DNA from: a virus
Taxonomy: Duplodnaviria > Caudoviricetes
IMG/VR virus record: IMGVR_UViG_3300048550_000839
Coordinates: 1 to 59,063 of that record
DNA length: 59,063 bases
Direction: 5' to 3' (one strand)
The translations under genes were made by a program, and so were the position numbers. Positions 18,817 to 27,461 of this stretch are shown here, one piece after another. The first letter of the stretch is position 1, and the number at the start of each line of letters is the position of its first letter. The notes beneath the pieces were generated by a model. The model was not told the origin of the DNA. It worked only from the letters and a program-made list of their open reading frames with translations, and did not search any database.

Positions 18817-19336
18817 TTACTTTCCTTTTAATTTTTTTGTTTCTTTTCTTTTCTGCCAAGTTTAATTTTAATTTAGATACTCTATTAATGTATTGTACAC
18901 CTTGTAAATGATCGTACTCGTGTAAAAATATTCTGGCATCGATATCATCATATTTTGTTTCTACGTGTATAATATTTTTACCATCAGCTGTAAGTGTATC
19001 GAACTCTACCATACAACTCATAGGACGTCTTACTTTCAAAAACAAGTTAGGATGGCTTAAACAACCTTCAATTCCTAGTTCCATTTCTTTACTAATGCCT
19101 TTTATTTGCGGATTAATTACTGTAGTGACATCGCCGTAATCTTTATTCAATAAAGTTTTCATTACAAAAATTTGTCCGTCAAATCCTACTTGATTAGCAC
19201 TTAATCCAAGTCCACTATGTTGTCTCATTAATGCCATCATATCATAGGCAATAGGTGCAGGATGCATATTTGCTGTATCAAATGCCCTTACTGGGTTTTC
19301 TAACATTACATCAGGTGCGAGAATTAATTTCATCAT
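18800..19336 (-). CDS. def: Peptide deformylase
   Basis: GLGLSANQVG, EGCLS, HEYDHLQG. Confidence 0.95.
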   Translation of the reverse strand: MMKLILAPDVMLENPVRAFDTANMHPAPIAYDMMALMRQHSGLGLSANQVGFDGQIFVMKTLLNKDYGDVTTVINPQIKGISKEMELGIEGCLSHPNLFLKVRRPMSCMVEFDTLTADGKNIIHVETKYDDIDARIFLHEYDHLQGVQYINRVSKLKLNLAEKKRNKKIKRKVNGRTI

Positions 19337-20108
19337 AAAGTTGTTTTATCCTATCTAAATCTTCATACCTATCTAATTTAGGTGTTATTCCTTTTACCTC
19401 TACATACAAATTACCTGTATGTTGTGTTTTATAATCCTTGATTCCGTAGCCCGGAATACTTAATATTGTGCCTGGATTTGTGCCTGGAGGTATCTTAATG
19501 TTAAGAGGTCCGCCGCCTAATTTTTCGATAACCATTTCTGTGCCTAAAATAAGTCCTAATACATTTATACTACAATTTGTGCGTAAATGCAACCTATCTC
19601 TTACAAATTTAGGGTGACTTTTAATAATAATTTTTGCTAATAAATTTCCTCTAGGTAGGTTTGTATAAGTGTTATCTCCTAATCCACTTAATTGTAAAAT
19701 TGTACCGTGTTCTAGTCCTGCTGGCACATTTATGTTTGCAACGACTTCTTCTCCTGACCTTAATCTATATCTTCCTACAATATTTTTGCCCTGTGCTATA
19801 TCTTCTAAAGAAACTGTAACATTTATAGTAACGTCAGCATTGCGTCTTTGTTGTCGTCTCACTCCTTGATTAAAAAATTGTGAAAATATGTCATTCATAT
19901 TTCCTGTGTTAAATTGAGCTTGCGGATTGTCGTACTCAGCTTTTTTGTCCGGATTTTTTAGTGTATCATAAGCTTCACTAATTGACTGGAAAACTTTTTG
20001 ATCGCCGCCTCTGTCAGGATGGTGTCGCATAGCCAGCTTTTTATAAGCCCGTTTGATATCATCAGGAGATGCTTCTTTACCCACGCCTAGTCTTTTGTAA
20101 TAGTCCAT
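19311..20108 (-). CDS. DnaJ-class co-chaperone without Zn finger (CbpA-like)
   Basis: DYYKRLGV...HHPDRGG J-domain plus DnaJ_C domain. Confidence 0.9.
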   Translation of the reverse strand: MDYYKRLGVGKEASPDDIKRAYKKLAMRHHPDRGGDQKVFQSISEAYDTLKNPDKKAEYDNPQAQFNTGNMNDIFSQFFNQGVRRQQRRNADVTINVTVSLEDIAQGKNIVGRYRLRSGEEVVANINVPAGLEHGTILQLSGLGDNTYTNLPRGNLLAKIIIKSHPKFVRDRLHLRTNCSINVLGLILGTEMVIEKLGGGPLNIKIPPGTNPGTILSIPGYGIKDYKTQHTGNLYVEVKGITPKLDRYEDLDRIKQLYDEINSRT

Positions 20109-20127
20109 ACTATTACTTATTTAGGCA

Positions 20128-20586
20128 TTAACGTTTTTTGTTTGAACTTGATTGAGTATATGCTTGCCCACCAAAGAACGCTGCAACTATAGCTGCAACT
20201 GAAACAAAGTATGTTGCTGCCATACTACCTAATACAGTGGCAGCTTGATCTAGGTTCAAAAACACTGCTAGTACAACACTAAATGGATATAATAACATAC
20301 CTCCAAGTGCAAACCAAGCCATACTACGCTGCGCATCTCGCATAGCATCTTGGTCTTCTAGCATCTTGCGTCTAAACTCTAATTCCATTGCTTTTTCTTC
20401 AGCATCTACTTGACCATCGCCATTCAAGTCTGCAGGATGATATCCACTAACAGGTTGCGGTGCTGGTGCAGGTACAACTGGTGCTGTAGCAACCGCAGCT
20501 GGTGCTGCTGCTGGCTTTGTTTCTGCCGGTTTAGGCGCAGGGGCTGAACCGCCGCTCTTAAGTTGTTCAGGTTTTTTTCTTGGCAT
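20128..20586 (-). CDS. Membrane protein with EF-hand-like loop, holin candidate
   Basis: Pro/Ala-rich N-terminus, DLNGDGQVDAEE, two TM helices; end of lysis cassette. Confidence 0.5.
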   Translation of the reverse strand: MPRKKPEQLKSGGSAPAPKPAETKPAAAPAAVATAPVVPAPAPQPVSGYHPADLNGDGQVDAEEKAMELEFRRKMLEDQDAMRDAQRSMAWFALGGMLLYPFSVVLAVFLNLDQAATVLGSMAATYFVSVAAIVAAFFGGQAYTQSSSNKKR

Positions 20587-20863
20587 TTTTGCCCTCCAAT
20601 TTGTTTAATCTAGCCTCTATTGTATCTATTTTTGATGTTATTTTTGGATATTTCTTGCGCCACGCATCTTCAGGTTGTTCTAACCAAGTCCAGCCCCAAC
20701 GTTCTACTAAGAAATCCATTGCATTGTCAAACTTTGCATACAACCACAACGCCATTCGTGTTGTACTAAACCAAGTTGAAAATGCAAGACCAATAATAGA
20801 TCCTACTATTGCAGTATAGATCCATAATCTATCTCCTGCCATTTGTGTAATCATATCCCACAT
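20567..20863 (-). CDS. Single-TM membrane protein
   Basis: AGGAGG RBS, N-terminal TM, C-terminal coiled coil. Confidence 0.6.
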   Translation of the reverse strand: MWDMITQMAGDRLWIYTAIVGSIIGLAFSTWFSTTRMALWLYAKFDNAMDFLVERWGWTWLEQPEDAWRKKYPKITSKIDTIEARLNKLEGKNAKKKT

Positions 20864-20881
20864 ATTTTGCCCTCCTTGTAT

Positions 20882-21226
20882 TTAGTCTTCTTCAATATTT
20901 AATGCTTGGTGTCCCCAGATTTCCATTACTACTTCTCCAAACGCTTGTCCAAAAAGCCACATCAATGTAAGGATTACTGCTCCTATGCATATTATCATTG
21001 TCCATACCCAAATTTGTACTAATGGATGTTTGCCTTCTGCCCAATGTGCTACTCTCTTTATTTTGTTTTTTACACCGCCTAGAAGATAATTTCCTATTAT
21101 CCAACGTGCTAATCTCATTACAATTAGAATAGGCGAAGACAATACGTCAAACAATATTAAAAACAAGTCGACAGTGACATCTATGATGTTGTCGACGTTA
21201 AACCATTTTTTAAATTGCTTCCACAT
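20882..21226 (-). CDS. Membrane protein
   Basis: Two hydrophobic segments. Confidence 0.5.
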   Translation of the reverse strand: MWKQFKKWFNVDNIIDVTVDLFLILFDVLSSPILIVMRLARWIIGNYLLGGVKNKIKRVAHWAEGKHPLVQIWVWTMIICIGAVILTLMWLFGQAFGEVVMEIWGHQALNIEED

Positions 21227-21263
21227 CTGCCCTTCTTTCTGATGTTTCTCACTGCACTGGTAT

Positions 21264-21767
21264 TTATTGTAACAGTAAAGGTAAACTTCCCCGTGCTTCT
21301 GTTTGTATAACGTATCTTCTTATACCTATTGCTTTATTAGGTTTGAAAAGGTCATACCGCACTTCATTTCTTTGATTCCCTCCAAGTATCACCCAAAGTC
21401 CATTTTGCTCTTCAACAAAAAATCCAACGTGACCTTGCCAACCGCTATTGCCTCTTGGAAATACTACAATATCTCCACGTTGTATAAGTTCAGGATCAAC
21501 TGCTTCTCCCCAAGTCAAAAAACTACGTGCCATAAGCGGAACATCACTTACACTTTCAGATCCTGGTATGTTTTCAATTTCCAACACAGCATTTACAAAC
21601 GCCGCACACCATTCTGTACGCACAGGATCTACTCCTACAAAAGCTTCGAGCTCGTTGCGGTTTTGTCTTTCTTTAAGTCCTATATAAGTTTGTGCTGAAA
21701 CTACTGGATCTACATTTGGAGTTACATTACACCCTGCGAGTACGGTTAAGAAACTACTCGTCCACAA
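21264..21767 (-). CDS. NlpC/P60-CHAP-like (TIGR02594 family) peptidoglycan hydrolase, lipoprotein
   Basis: WCAAFVN, GDIVVF, GHVGF, LGGNQ; lipobox LAGC; start uncertain. Confidence 0.8.
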   Translation of the reverse strand: MWTSSFLTVLAGCNVTPNVDPVVSAQTYIGLKERQNRNELEAFVGVDPVRTEWCAAFVNAVLEIENIPGSESVSDVPLMARSFLTWGEAVDPELIQRGDIVVFPRGNSGWQGHVGFFVEEQNGLWVILGGNQRNEVRYDLFKPNKAIGIRRYVIQTEARGSLPLLLQ

Positions 21768-22146
21768 TAACTGCTTGATCTAATGCTTCCTCTGCTTTTG
21801 TATAATAGCCTTCGTAGGCTGCTATAATTGCTTGTTGCTGTTGTACAAGCGCACGTATGTCGCTGAAGTTGAGTCCTAGGTCGCCGTAGCCGTCACCAGT
21901 TAGACCGTATATAGCAAACGGTTTTCCACTTGCTGCAAGCCTAGCTATTACAGCATCAACATTGCCTTCATTGATAACAATCCATTCTAACTTGCGCATA
22001 TTAAGTTCGTCAACAGGAGGCAGAGATAGTGTAGGTTTTTCAACTGGCGATGTGCTTATTTCAATCTGCTGTGGTTTGCTTGAGCAAGCCGCGAGACTTA
22101 TAAGTATCGTAAAGCCAAGGACACTCTTTGTTAAAAGCGATGTCAT
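21754..22146 (-). CDS. o-spanin-like lipoprotein
   Basis: Signal peptide with lipobox LAAC, Pro-rich; overlaps 3' end of i-spanin-like gene. Confidence 0.65.
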   Translation of the reverse strand: MTSLLTKSVLGFTILISLAACSSKPQQIEISTSPVEKPTLSLPPVDELNMRKLEWIVINEGNVDAVIARLAASGKPFAIYGLTGDGYGDLGLNFSDIRALVQQQQAIIAAYEGYYTKAEEALDQAVIVDE

Positions 22147-22549
22147 TTTCTGCGTTCCTTTCTTTCTCTGTTAGATCTGCGCCTGATAGAAGTTCAAAAC
22201 ATCTACCTGCATTTGTAGTGCCTCTATTAACAGCACGTTCAATACCTTCAGCATTTGCTATTGCTGCTGCTGTCAAATCTATTTCTTGAAGTTTGTCAGC
22301 AAGTCTTTGATTCTGTCTGCGTATACTTGTGTACGCTTCGTTTAATCTAGTATTTTCTGCTTGGGCACTAGCATAACTTGTTTGTAGACTTTCCAATGCT
22401 GCTTCATTTGTTTCAACTGCTATTTCTAGTTTAGCATTGTTTTCGTTGAGTATTGCAATACGTTCTTGTGTATCATTATAGTACCAATAACCAATGCCGC
22501 CCATAGCGCACATTATTAAAAACATTACTCCTGCAAGTTTCAAGCCCAT
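22061..22549 (-). CDS. i-spanin-like protein
   Basis: N-terminal TM plus long coiled coil, directly after endolysin; start moved to MGLKLAG. Confidence 0.65.
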   Translation of the reverse strand: MGLKLAGVMFLIMCAMGGIGYWYYNDTQERIAILNENNAKLEIAVETNEAALESLQTSYASAQAENTRLNEAYTSIRRQNQRLADKLQEIDLTAAAIANAEGIERAVNRGTTNAGRCFELLSGADLTEKERNAENDIAFNKECPWLYDTYKSRGLLKQTTAD

Positions 22550-22560
22550 ACCTAAACCAC

Positions 22561-23424
22561 CTACCCTAATAACTTTCCCAGCGTGTTTGGTCCTACAATA
22601 CCATCTGCTACTAGGCCGTTTGCACTTTGCCATTCTTTAACAAGTCTAGCAGTTCCTGGACCAAAGATACCATCAGCAGGCGAAATGTTCAATATTTCTT
22701 GTACTTCTGCTACTAACGGACCACGTGAACCTTGACGAATAGTTTGATTGGTATTTAACTCTTTTTCTTCTTCTACTTCCATTTCCATATCGCCGCCTAG
22801 CACATCTAATGCGTGTGCCCAATGCTTCTTACGATCATCTAGTCCGATTGTACCACCGTTGATGCGTTTGGTCATTTTGAGTATGTCCATATTATCACAA
22901 TGTTTGTTGATGTTGTTTTCATCCCAGAACCAGCAAGCACTATCTAGCGCACCTTTTTTGGTCCGCACATAATCTACTGCTTCCTCTACACTCATTTCTA
23001 CATCTTCTGCGAATTCCGTATAATTGTATCTGCCTGTAAGTTGAATAAGGCCACCGCCCCTAAATCTCCAGCCATCGCCGGAATTGGTATCGCCGTTGTC
23101 CATTCTATTTGCGTAAATAACGTTTGCAATTTTTTCAGGTTGTCTATGATATTCATTTGCATCTCTTCCTGCTCGTTTAAAATATTTTGGAAAGATTACA
23201 TTAAGTGCTTTTGCACTGTAATTTAAGTTTTCACTTACTACTCTAAAACCGCCACTTTCGTGTCCGCATTGTGCAATAAATGCTGCTACTCTTGGAATGG
23301 TGTTAATATCCCACAATGGAAGTATTTCGCACATTGCTTCATACCAATCTTTCCAATCACTTCTGTGGATAAGTTCTTCTGCCATCCACGGTTCAAAATC
23401 AAAATCAAAATCTTCTTTAGCCAT
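22561..23424 (-). CDS. GH19 endolysin with C-terminal peptidoglycan-binding domain
   Basis: FIAQCGHESGG, FRGGGLIQLTGRYNY, TKRINGG; DGIFGPGT..VKEWQ..GLVADGIVGPNT. Confidence 0.92.
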   Translation of the reverse strand: MAKEDFDFDFEPWMAEELIHRSDWKDWYEAMCEILPLWDINTIPRVAAFIAQCGHESGGFRVVSENLNYSAKALNVIFPKYFKRAGRDANEYHRQPEKIANVIYANRMDNGDTNSGDGWRFRGGGLIQLTGRYNYTEFAEDVEMSVEEAVDYVRTKKGALDSACWFWDENNINKHCDNMDILKMTKRINGGTIGLDDRKKHWAHALDVLGGDMEMEVEEEKELNTNQTIRQGSRGPLVAEVQEILNISPADGIFGPGTARLVKEWQSANGLVADGIVGPNTLGKLLG

Positions 23425-23426
23425 AG

Positions 23427-23585
23427 TTATTCCTTTTTTTCCGGGGCACAGGCTTCACATCTGCAACATTCACATATTTTTATTATTGTTGGTGAAGCAT
23501 AATTCGGTATACCACAGTGTCCTGGGTATCCACAGTTTTTACAATATGTTCCGTTATAGTCTTTCGACCACGAGTGTATGTCCAT
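23427..23585 (-). CDS. 52-aa Cys-rich protein not in track
   Basis: MDIHSWSKDYNGTYCKNCGYPGHCG...ICECCRCEACAPEKKE; fills gap before endolysin. Confidence 0.6.
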   Translation of the reverse strand: MDIHSWSKDYNGTYCKNCGYPGHCGIPNYASPTIIKICECCRCEACAPEKKE

Positions 23586-24249
23586 TATTTTCCAGTGTTA
23601 ACGTCTTGTCACCATATTTAGTAACGTTGTAGTCTCCAAGGTATTTAGTTAAAAATAATATTTCAGGATATGCATCTATGTTAATTTTTTCTTCTATTTT
23701 AATATGTTCTGTTTTATCAAAATCTTTAATAGCAAATTGTAATGCATCAGCATAAACTTTTTTTACAATTACATTTTCTCCAATGAAATCTACTTTTCCT
23801 GGTAGATTTGAAAAAAATGTTTCTGCGTTTTCTACAACTGTTAAACTATATGTCCTTGCATCAATTGGTACCATTTCTTGTAAATTTCCAATATTCGCAT
23901 CGTAACTACGAAAGTTTTTATAGTATCTAAACTTGAAAGATTCGTTTGCAGTCAATTCGCCTACACCGTATATCATTTCAACAATATTGTCATTAACACT
24001 GTTATTTCTTTCAATTTCTACAAATACTTTGTGTATACCGTTATCAAGTTCGCTGGCAGTTGAATCTGCATCTAAAACAAAATCATAAGATTTTTCAATA
24101 AATTCAACTAAATCATTTGCAGCATTAGCTTCTTTGACACTAAAACTTATGACACAAATATCTTCGTCGTCGCCCATTTTACTTTTAAAATTATCTATTT
24201 CAAAAACCGGATTTACTAGATCACGTAAGTCGCCATTTTTTAAACCCAT
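23554..24249 (-). CDS. Hypothetical phage protein
   Basis: IDNFKSKMGDDED...FIEKSYDFVLDAD; coupled to upstream gene. Confidence 0.6.
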   Translation of the reverse strand: MGLKNGDLRDLVNPVFEIDNFKSKMGDDEDICVISFSVKEANAANDLVEFIEKSYDFVLDADSTASELDNGIHKVFVEIERNNSVNDNIVEMIYGVGELTANESFKFRYYKNFRSYDANIGNLQEMVPIDARTYSLTVVENAETFFSNLPGKVDFIGENVIVKKVYADALQFAIKDFDKTEHIKIEEKINIDAYPEILFLTKYLGDYNVTKYGDKTLTLENNGHTLVVERL

Positions 24250-24755
24250 TATACTACTCCCGGATCTGCCTGTGGTGCAGTTTCAGTTGGCGCTATTGTT
24301 TGTTCTTCTTTTTCTTCTTTGTTGTTGTAAAGATCTCTATCGCCGCTATAAATGTCTAATATTAAACTTTTGGGCATTTTAATTTCTACTATCCAAACAG
24401 GCAATTTATCTAGTTTACCTTTTTTTGTACCTGGACGAATATCGCTTGGTTTGCGGATTTGTCTAGCTTTAATTATTTCACTTTTTTCGTACGATAACTT
24501 GCAACCATAATCTAATAAAATTTTACCGCCAGCAGGATCTGGCATATTTTTACGTGGCCACATAAATGAACAAGATACCCAATGTCTTTCAATTCTAGGA
24601 CCTGCTGCTAATTCGCCCTCGCTCCAATTATCAAATACATAAAGCCCTAAGCTATCAATTACTCTTTCAAAATCCTTTAAGACTGTAAAAGCCTTATCGT
24701 CGTCGTGAATAGTTTGTAAATTTTTTATTACGTCTAAAGTATCTAAGATAGCCAT
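24249..24755 (-). CDS. Hypothetical phage protein
   Basis: DFERVID..GLYVFDNW..GEL..GP...MPDP; GAGG RBS and late promoter. Confidence 0.6.
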   Translation of the reverse strand: MAILDTLDVIKNLQTIHDDDKAFTVLKDFERVIDSLGLYVFDNWSEGELAAGPRIERHWVSCSFMWPRKNMPDPAGGKILLDYGCKLSYEKSEIIKARQIRKPSDIRPGTKKGKLDKLPVWIVEIKMPKSLILDIYSGDRDLYNNKEEKEEQTIAPTETAPQADPGVV

Positions 24756-24774
24756 AGTAGTCCTCGCTTTAGTA

Positions 24775-24847
24775 TATTTATCACGATACTAATCTAACCT
24801 CTACAGAATTCAACACGTACTTAATGATTTACCCTTTGATGTAAATA
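24775..24847. promoter_or_regulatory. Divergent late promoters
   Basis: GATAAATA on minus (24775-24782) and TGTAAATA on plus (24840-24847). Confidence 0.55.
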
Positions 24848-24901
24848 CATTGCAGGGGGACCTGCGTGGTCTCATCTGCTTCCATAAAAAGGAGACATTT
24901 A

Positions 24902-25621
24902 ATGGGTGCAAAAGCTAAAGCCAAAAGGCAAGCAAGCAACAACGTTGTAAAATTTAACAACTTTCTTCCAAAAAAGTCAAAAACTATTGACATTATCCCC
25001 CGTAACAGAAATCAAGAAAAATATGTGTTATCATTAATGAATGATGCTAAAAGCATTGTATTTGGTATTGGTCCTGCAGGTACAGGTAAAACACTATTAG
25101 CCTGTCAATCTGCTGTAAAAAGTTTTATACAAAATGATGTGGATAAAATTATTGTGACAAGACCGGCAGTAAGTGCTGACGAGGATCTTGGATTCTTACC
25201 AGGTACACTGGAAGAAAAAATGGCGCCGTGGACAAGACCTATTTTTGATGTATTTAGAGAGTATTTCTATGCTGGCGAAATTGAAGGTATGATAAAAGAA
25301 GGTGTAATAGAAATATCACCTCTTGCATATATGCGTGGACGAACATTTAAAAACGCATATATCATTGCTGACGAAATGCAAAATGCTACTCCGAATCAAA
25401 TGAAAATGCTACTTACTAGAATTGGTAGCGAAAGTAAAATGGTCGTCACAGGTGACTTAGCACAAGCGGACAGAATAAAAGATAATGGGCTTATTGATTT
25501 TGTTACGCAAATACAACGTAAAGACACCAAACACATTGATGTGTGTAATTTCAAACAAGGAGATATTGAAAGACACGAAGTTGTAAAAGAAGTATTAGAA
25601 ATTTACGGCGATTTAGTGTAA
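24902..25621 (+). CDS. phoH: PhoH family ATPase
   Basis: GPAGTGKT, TRPAV, LGFLPG, YMRGRTF, ADEMQN, TGDLAQ, IERH; AGGAG RBS before ATG 24902. Confidence 0.95.
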   Translation: MGAKAKAKRQASNNVVKFNNFLPKKSKTIDIIPRNRNQEKYVLSLMNDAKSIVFGIGPAGTGKTLLACQSAVKSFIQNDVDKIIVTRPAVSADEDLGFLPGTLEEKMAPWTRPIFDVFREYFYAGEIEGMIKEGVIEISPLAYMRGRTFKNAYIIADEMQNATPNQMKMLLTRIGSESKMVVTGDLAQADRIKDNGLIDFVTQIQRKDTKHIDVCNFKQGDIERHEVVKEVLEIYGDLV

Positions 25622-25629
25622 AAAAGTTG

Positions 25630-25824
25630 CTATGTTTTTAGCATAGCAACAATACCATTAGCCTCCGTGTAAATTGTTTTATTCATAACTTTTCGCGGAG
25701 GCCAGTCGTAATATTGTATGTATTCATAGTAATGTACTAACCAAAGTACATCGCCATTATTTGTACACTTTGGTAACAAAGCAAACCGTCTTTGCCAACA
25801 ATCTTTATAAAGGCTTTTTACCAT
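25630..25824 (-). CDS. Small hypothetical protein
   Basis: RRFALLP...VLWL motif shared with next ORF. Confidence 0.5.
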   Translation of the reverse strand: MVKSLYKDCWQRRFALLPKCTNNGDVLWLVHYYEYIQYYDWPPRKVMNKTIYTEANGIVAMLKT

Positions 25825-25829
25825 TTCGT

Positions 25830-26099
25830 TTATGGCAACAAACTAGGATATTTTGGGATCCATTCACCTTGCACATCAGGTTTTTCTTTACGTATCAAAT
25901 ACATTAGATATTCATTTTCTGTGTACAAGAGTTTCCAGGATTTACCTTTTATTGGCGGCCTGCCCATTGCATCGTAAAATATCTCACCTTGCCAAAACTT
26001 TTTTAACCATATACGTTTTTTGCTGAAAGTACTACGAACAGGAAAATAGGCAAAACGTTCAATAAAGTAAATTTCTGTTTCAATGGTCGGCGGCATCAA
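25830..26099 (-). CDS. Small hypothetical protein
   Basis: ERFAYFP...RIWL...YTENE. Confidence 0.55.
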   Translation of the reverse strand: MMPPTIETEIYFIERFAYFPVRSTFSKKRIWLKKFWQGEIFYDAMGRPPIKGKSWKLLYTENEYLMYLIRKEKPDVQGEWIPKYPSLLP

Positions 26100-26772
26100 T
26101 ATCTTTTGCTAATGGAAAAATTTCAGCTATTACTTCTGCACAAGCTTTTGCAATTTCCATATGCTCTTTTTGTGTACCGTTTGCACTACGTAGTTCAATG
26201 TAATGCACCCAACTACGAATAGTACCGTTCATATACAATCTTGTTTTAGTCAATCCTTCTGGCAATACTTTTCTTGCTACTTCTTTTGCAATACCGTTGT
26301 TAATTGCCCATTCATATGCACGACCAGCAGCAAAACATACATCTTGTTGCATTTCTTCCCACTTTACTACTAGTTCGGCCATACCATCTTCTGATAAGTC
26401 CAAATCAATGCTGTTTTGTCTATTTTTATTGTCTTGTAAACGTGCTTCGCTAGTAACAAATACTTCGCCCATTTCTTCAGGATTAGCATAACGCTGACTA
26501 AATTCTTGAAAAGCAAAACTCCTATGTCTTACAATTTGATGTGCAATATCTCTAGTAGTTTCAATTTCAATCACAGCATTGACCATTTCCAAAGGAGACC
26601 AATGTTGATGTTTAATCAAGTACTTAATCAAGCGTTCGCTTGTTTCTGAATTGATTTGCGCAGCAGGGTTTGATACCTTAGCACAAAACGCAATTAATTC
26701 TTGAAGGTCTGTTAATCCTTCTGCTTCAAAATCTTTTGTTGCTTTACTATAGCTTACTAAGCGAACGGCCAT
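26080..26772 (-). CDS. thyX: FAD-dependent thymidylate synthase
   Basis: HWSPLE, RHRSFAFQEFSQRY (RHRx7SxR), EVARKVLP, QKEH. Confidence 0.95.
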   Translation of the reverse strand: MAVRLVSYSKATKDFEAEGLTDLQELIAFCAKVSNPAAQINSETSERLIKYLIKHQHWSPLEMVNAVIEIETTRDIAHQIVRHRSFAFQEFSQRYANPEEMGEVFVTSEARLQDNKNRQNSIDLDLSEDGMAELVVKWEEMQQDVCFAAGRAYEWAINNGIAKEVARKVLPEGLTKTRLYMNGTIRSWVHYIELRSANGTQKEHMEIAKACAEVIAEIFPLAKDIDAADH

Positions 26773-26939
26773 TCTGCTAATTCTCCTTTTAAATTTGATA
26801 GTCTTTGACTTAGGAATCCAATTGTAGTATGAATATGTCCTGTATCGTGAGGCTGCAATAAACTTTTGTAATACTCTATTTCTTCTTCCAGTACATTTAT
26901 TCTAACTAAATCATTTATTAGTTTTTTGTTTTCTGTCAT
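26757..26939 (-). CDS. Small hypothetical protein
   Basis: HDTGHIHTTI motif; overlaps neighbours. Confidence 0.5.
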   Translation of the reverse strand: MTENKKLINDLVRINVLEEEIEYYKSLLQPHDTGHIHTTIGFLSQRLSNLKGELAEWPFA

Positions 26940-27120
26940 CTAAAATACTCCGCATTACATTGGTTGCTGTTTTTGTAAAATATCTTGGTGCTACACTATG
27001 TATAATAACCACAGGTACAAGTAACTGTAGTTTTAGTGCCACCATCAATGCTTTACCCATATGTTGTAAGCCTGTTTCGCCTACTGAGTCTAAGTGTAAT
27101 TTACATTTTTTGCTTAACAT
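26911..27120 (-). CDS. Small hypothetical protein (DUF6356-like)
   Basis: HL.SVGET..QH...IIH.V.P pattern. Confidence 0.5.
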   Translation of the reverse strand: MLSKKCKLHLDSVGETGLQHMGKALMVALKLQLLVPVVIIHSVAPRYFTKTATNVMRSILDDRKQKTNK

Positions 27121-27461
27121 TAATCTCCCTTTCCTGGAGCTTCAGAAAAATGCTCCATTTTATTTTCTACACCGTGCCATTCGTCTGCATCTTCGGGTAC
27201 ATCTTCAGAACGCATTTCAGTAATAACCGGCCACATATCTGCATATTTTTGATTAAATTCGACCCACTTGTCCATACCAGGAGCTGTGTCAGGAAGGATT
27301 GCATCTGCAGGACATTCAGGTTCACATACACCGCAATCAATACATTCAATTGGATTAATCACAAGCATATTTTCCCCTTCATAGAAACAATCTACAGGGC
27401 ACACTTCTACACAATCCATATGTTTGCACTTGATACACTGATCATTTACTACATATGTCAT
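27120..27461 (-). CDS. fdxA: 7Fe ferredoxin (FdxA type)
   Basis: [18 protein letters not shown]...[13 protein letters not shown]. Confidence 0.93.
   Translation of the reverse strand: MTYVVNDQCIKCKHMDCVEVCPVDCFYEGENMLVINPIECIDCGVCEPECPADAILPDTAPGMDKWVEFNQKYADMWPVITEMRSEDVPEDADEWHGVENKMEHFSEAPGKGD

Noticed and set aside
20440-20560. GC-rich GCT/GGT repeats
   Set aside because: Explained by a Pro/Ala low-complexity protein linker, not a DNA repeat element
20882-21104. Alternate-frame minus ORF 20892-21104
   Set aside because: Fully nested in a more plausible membrane-protein ORF; no RBS or motif
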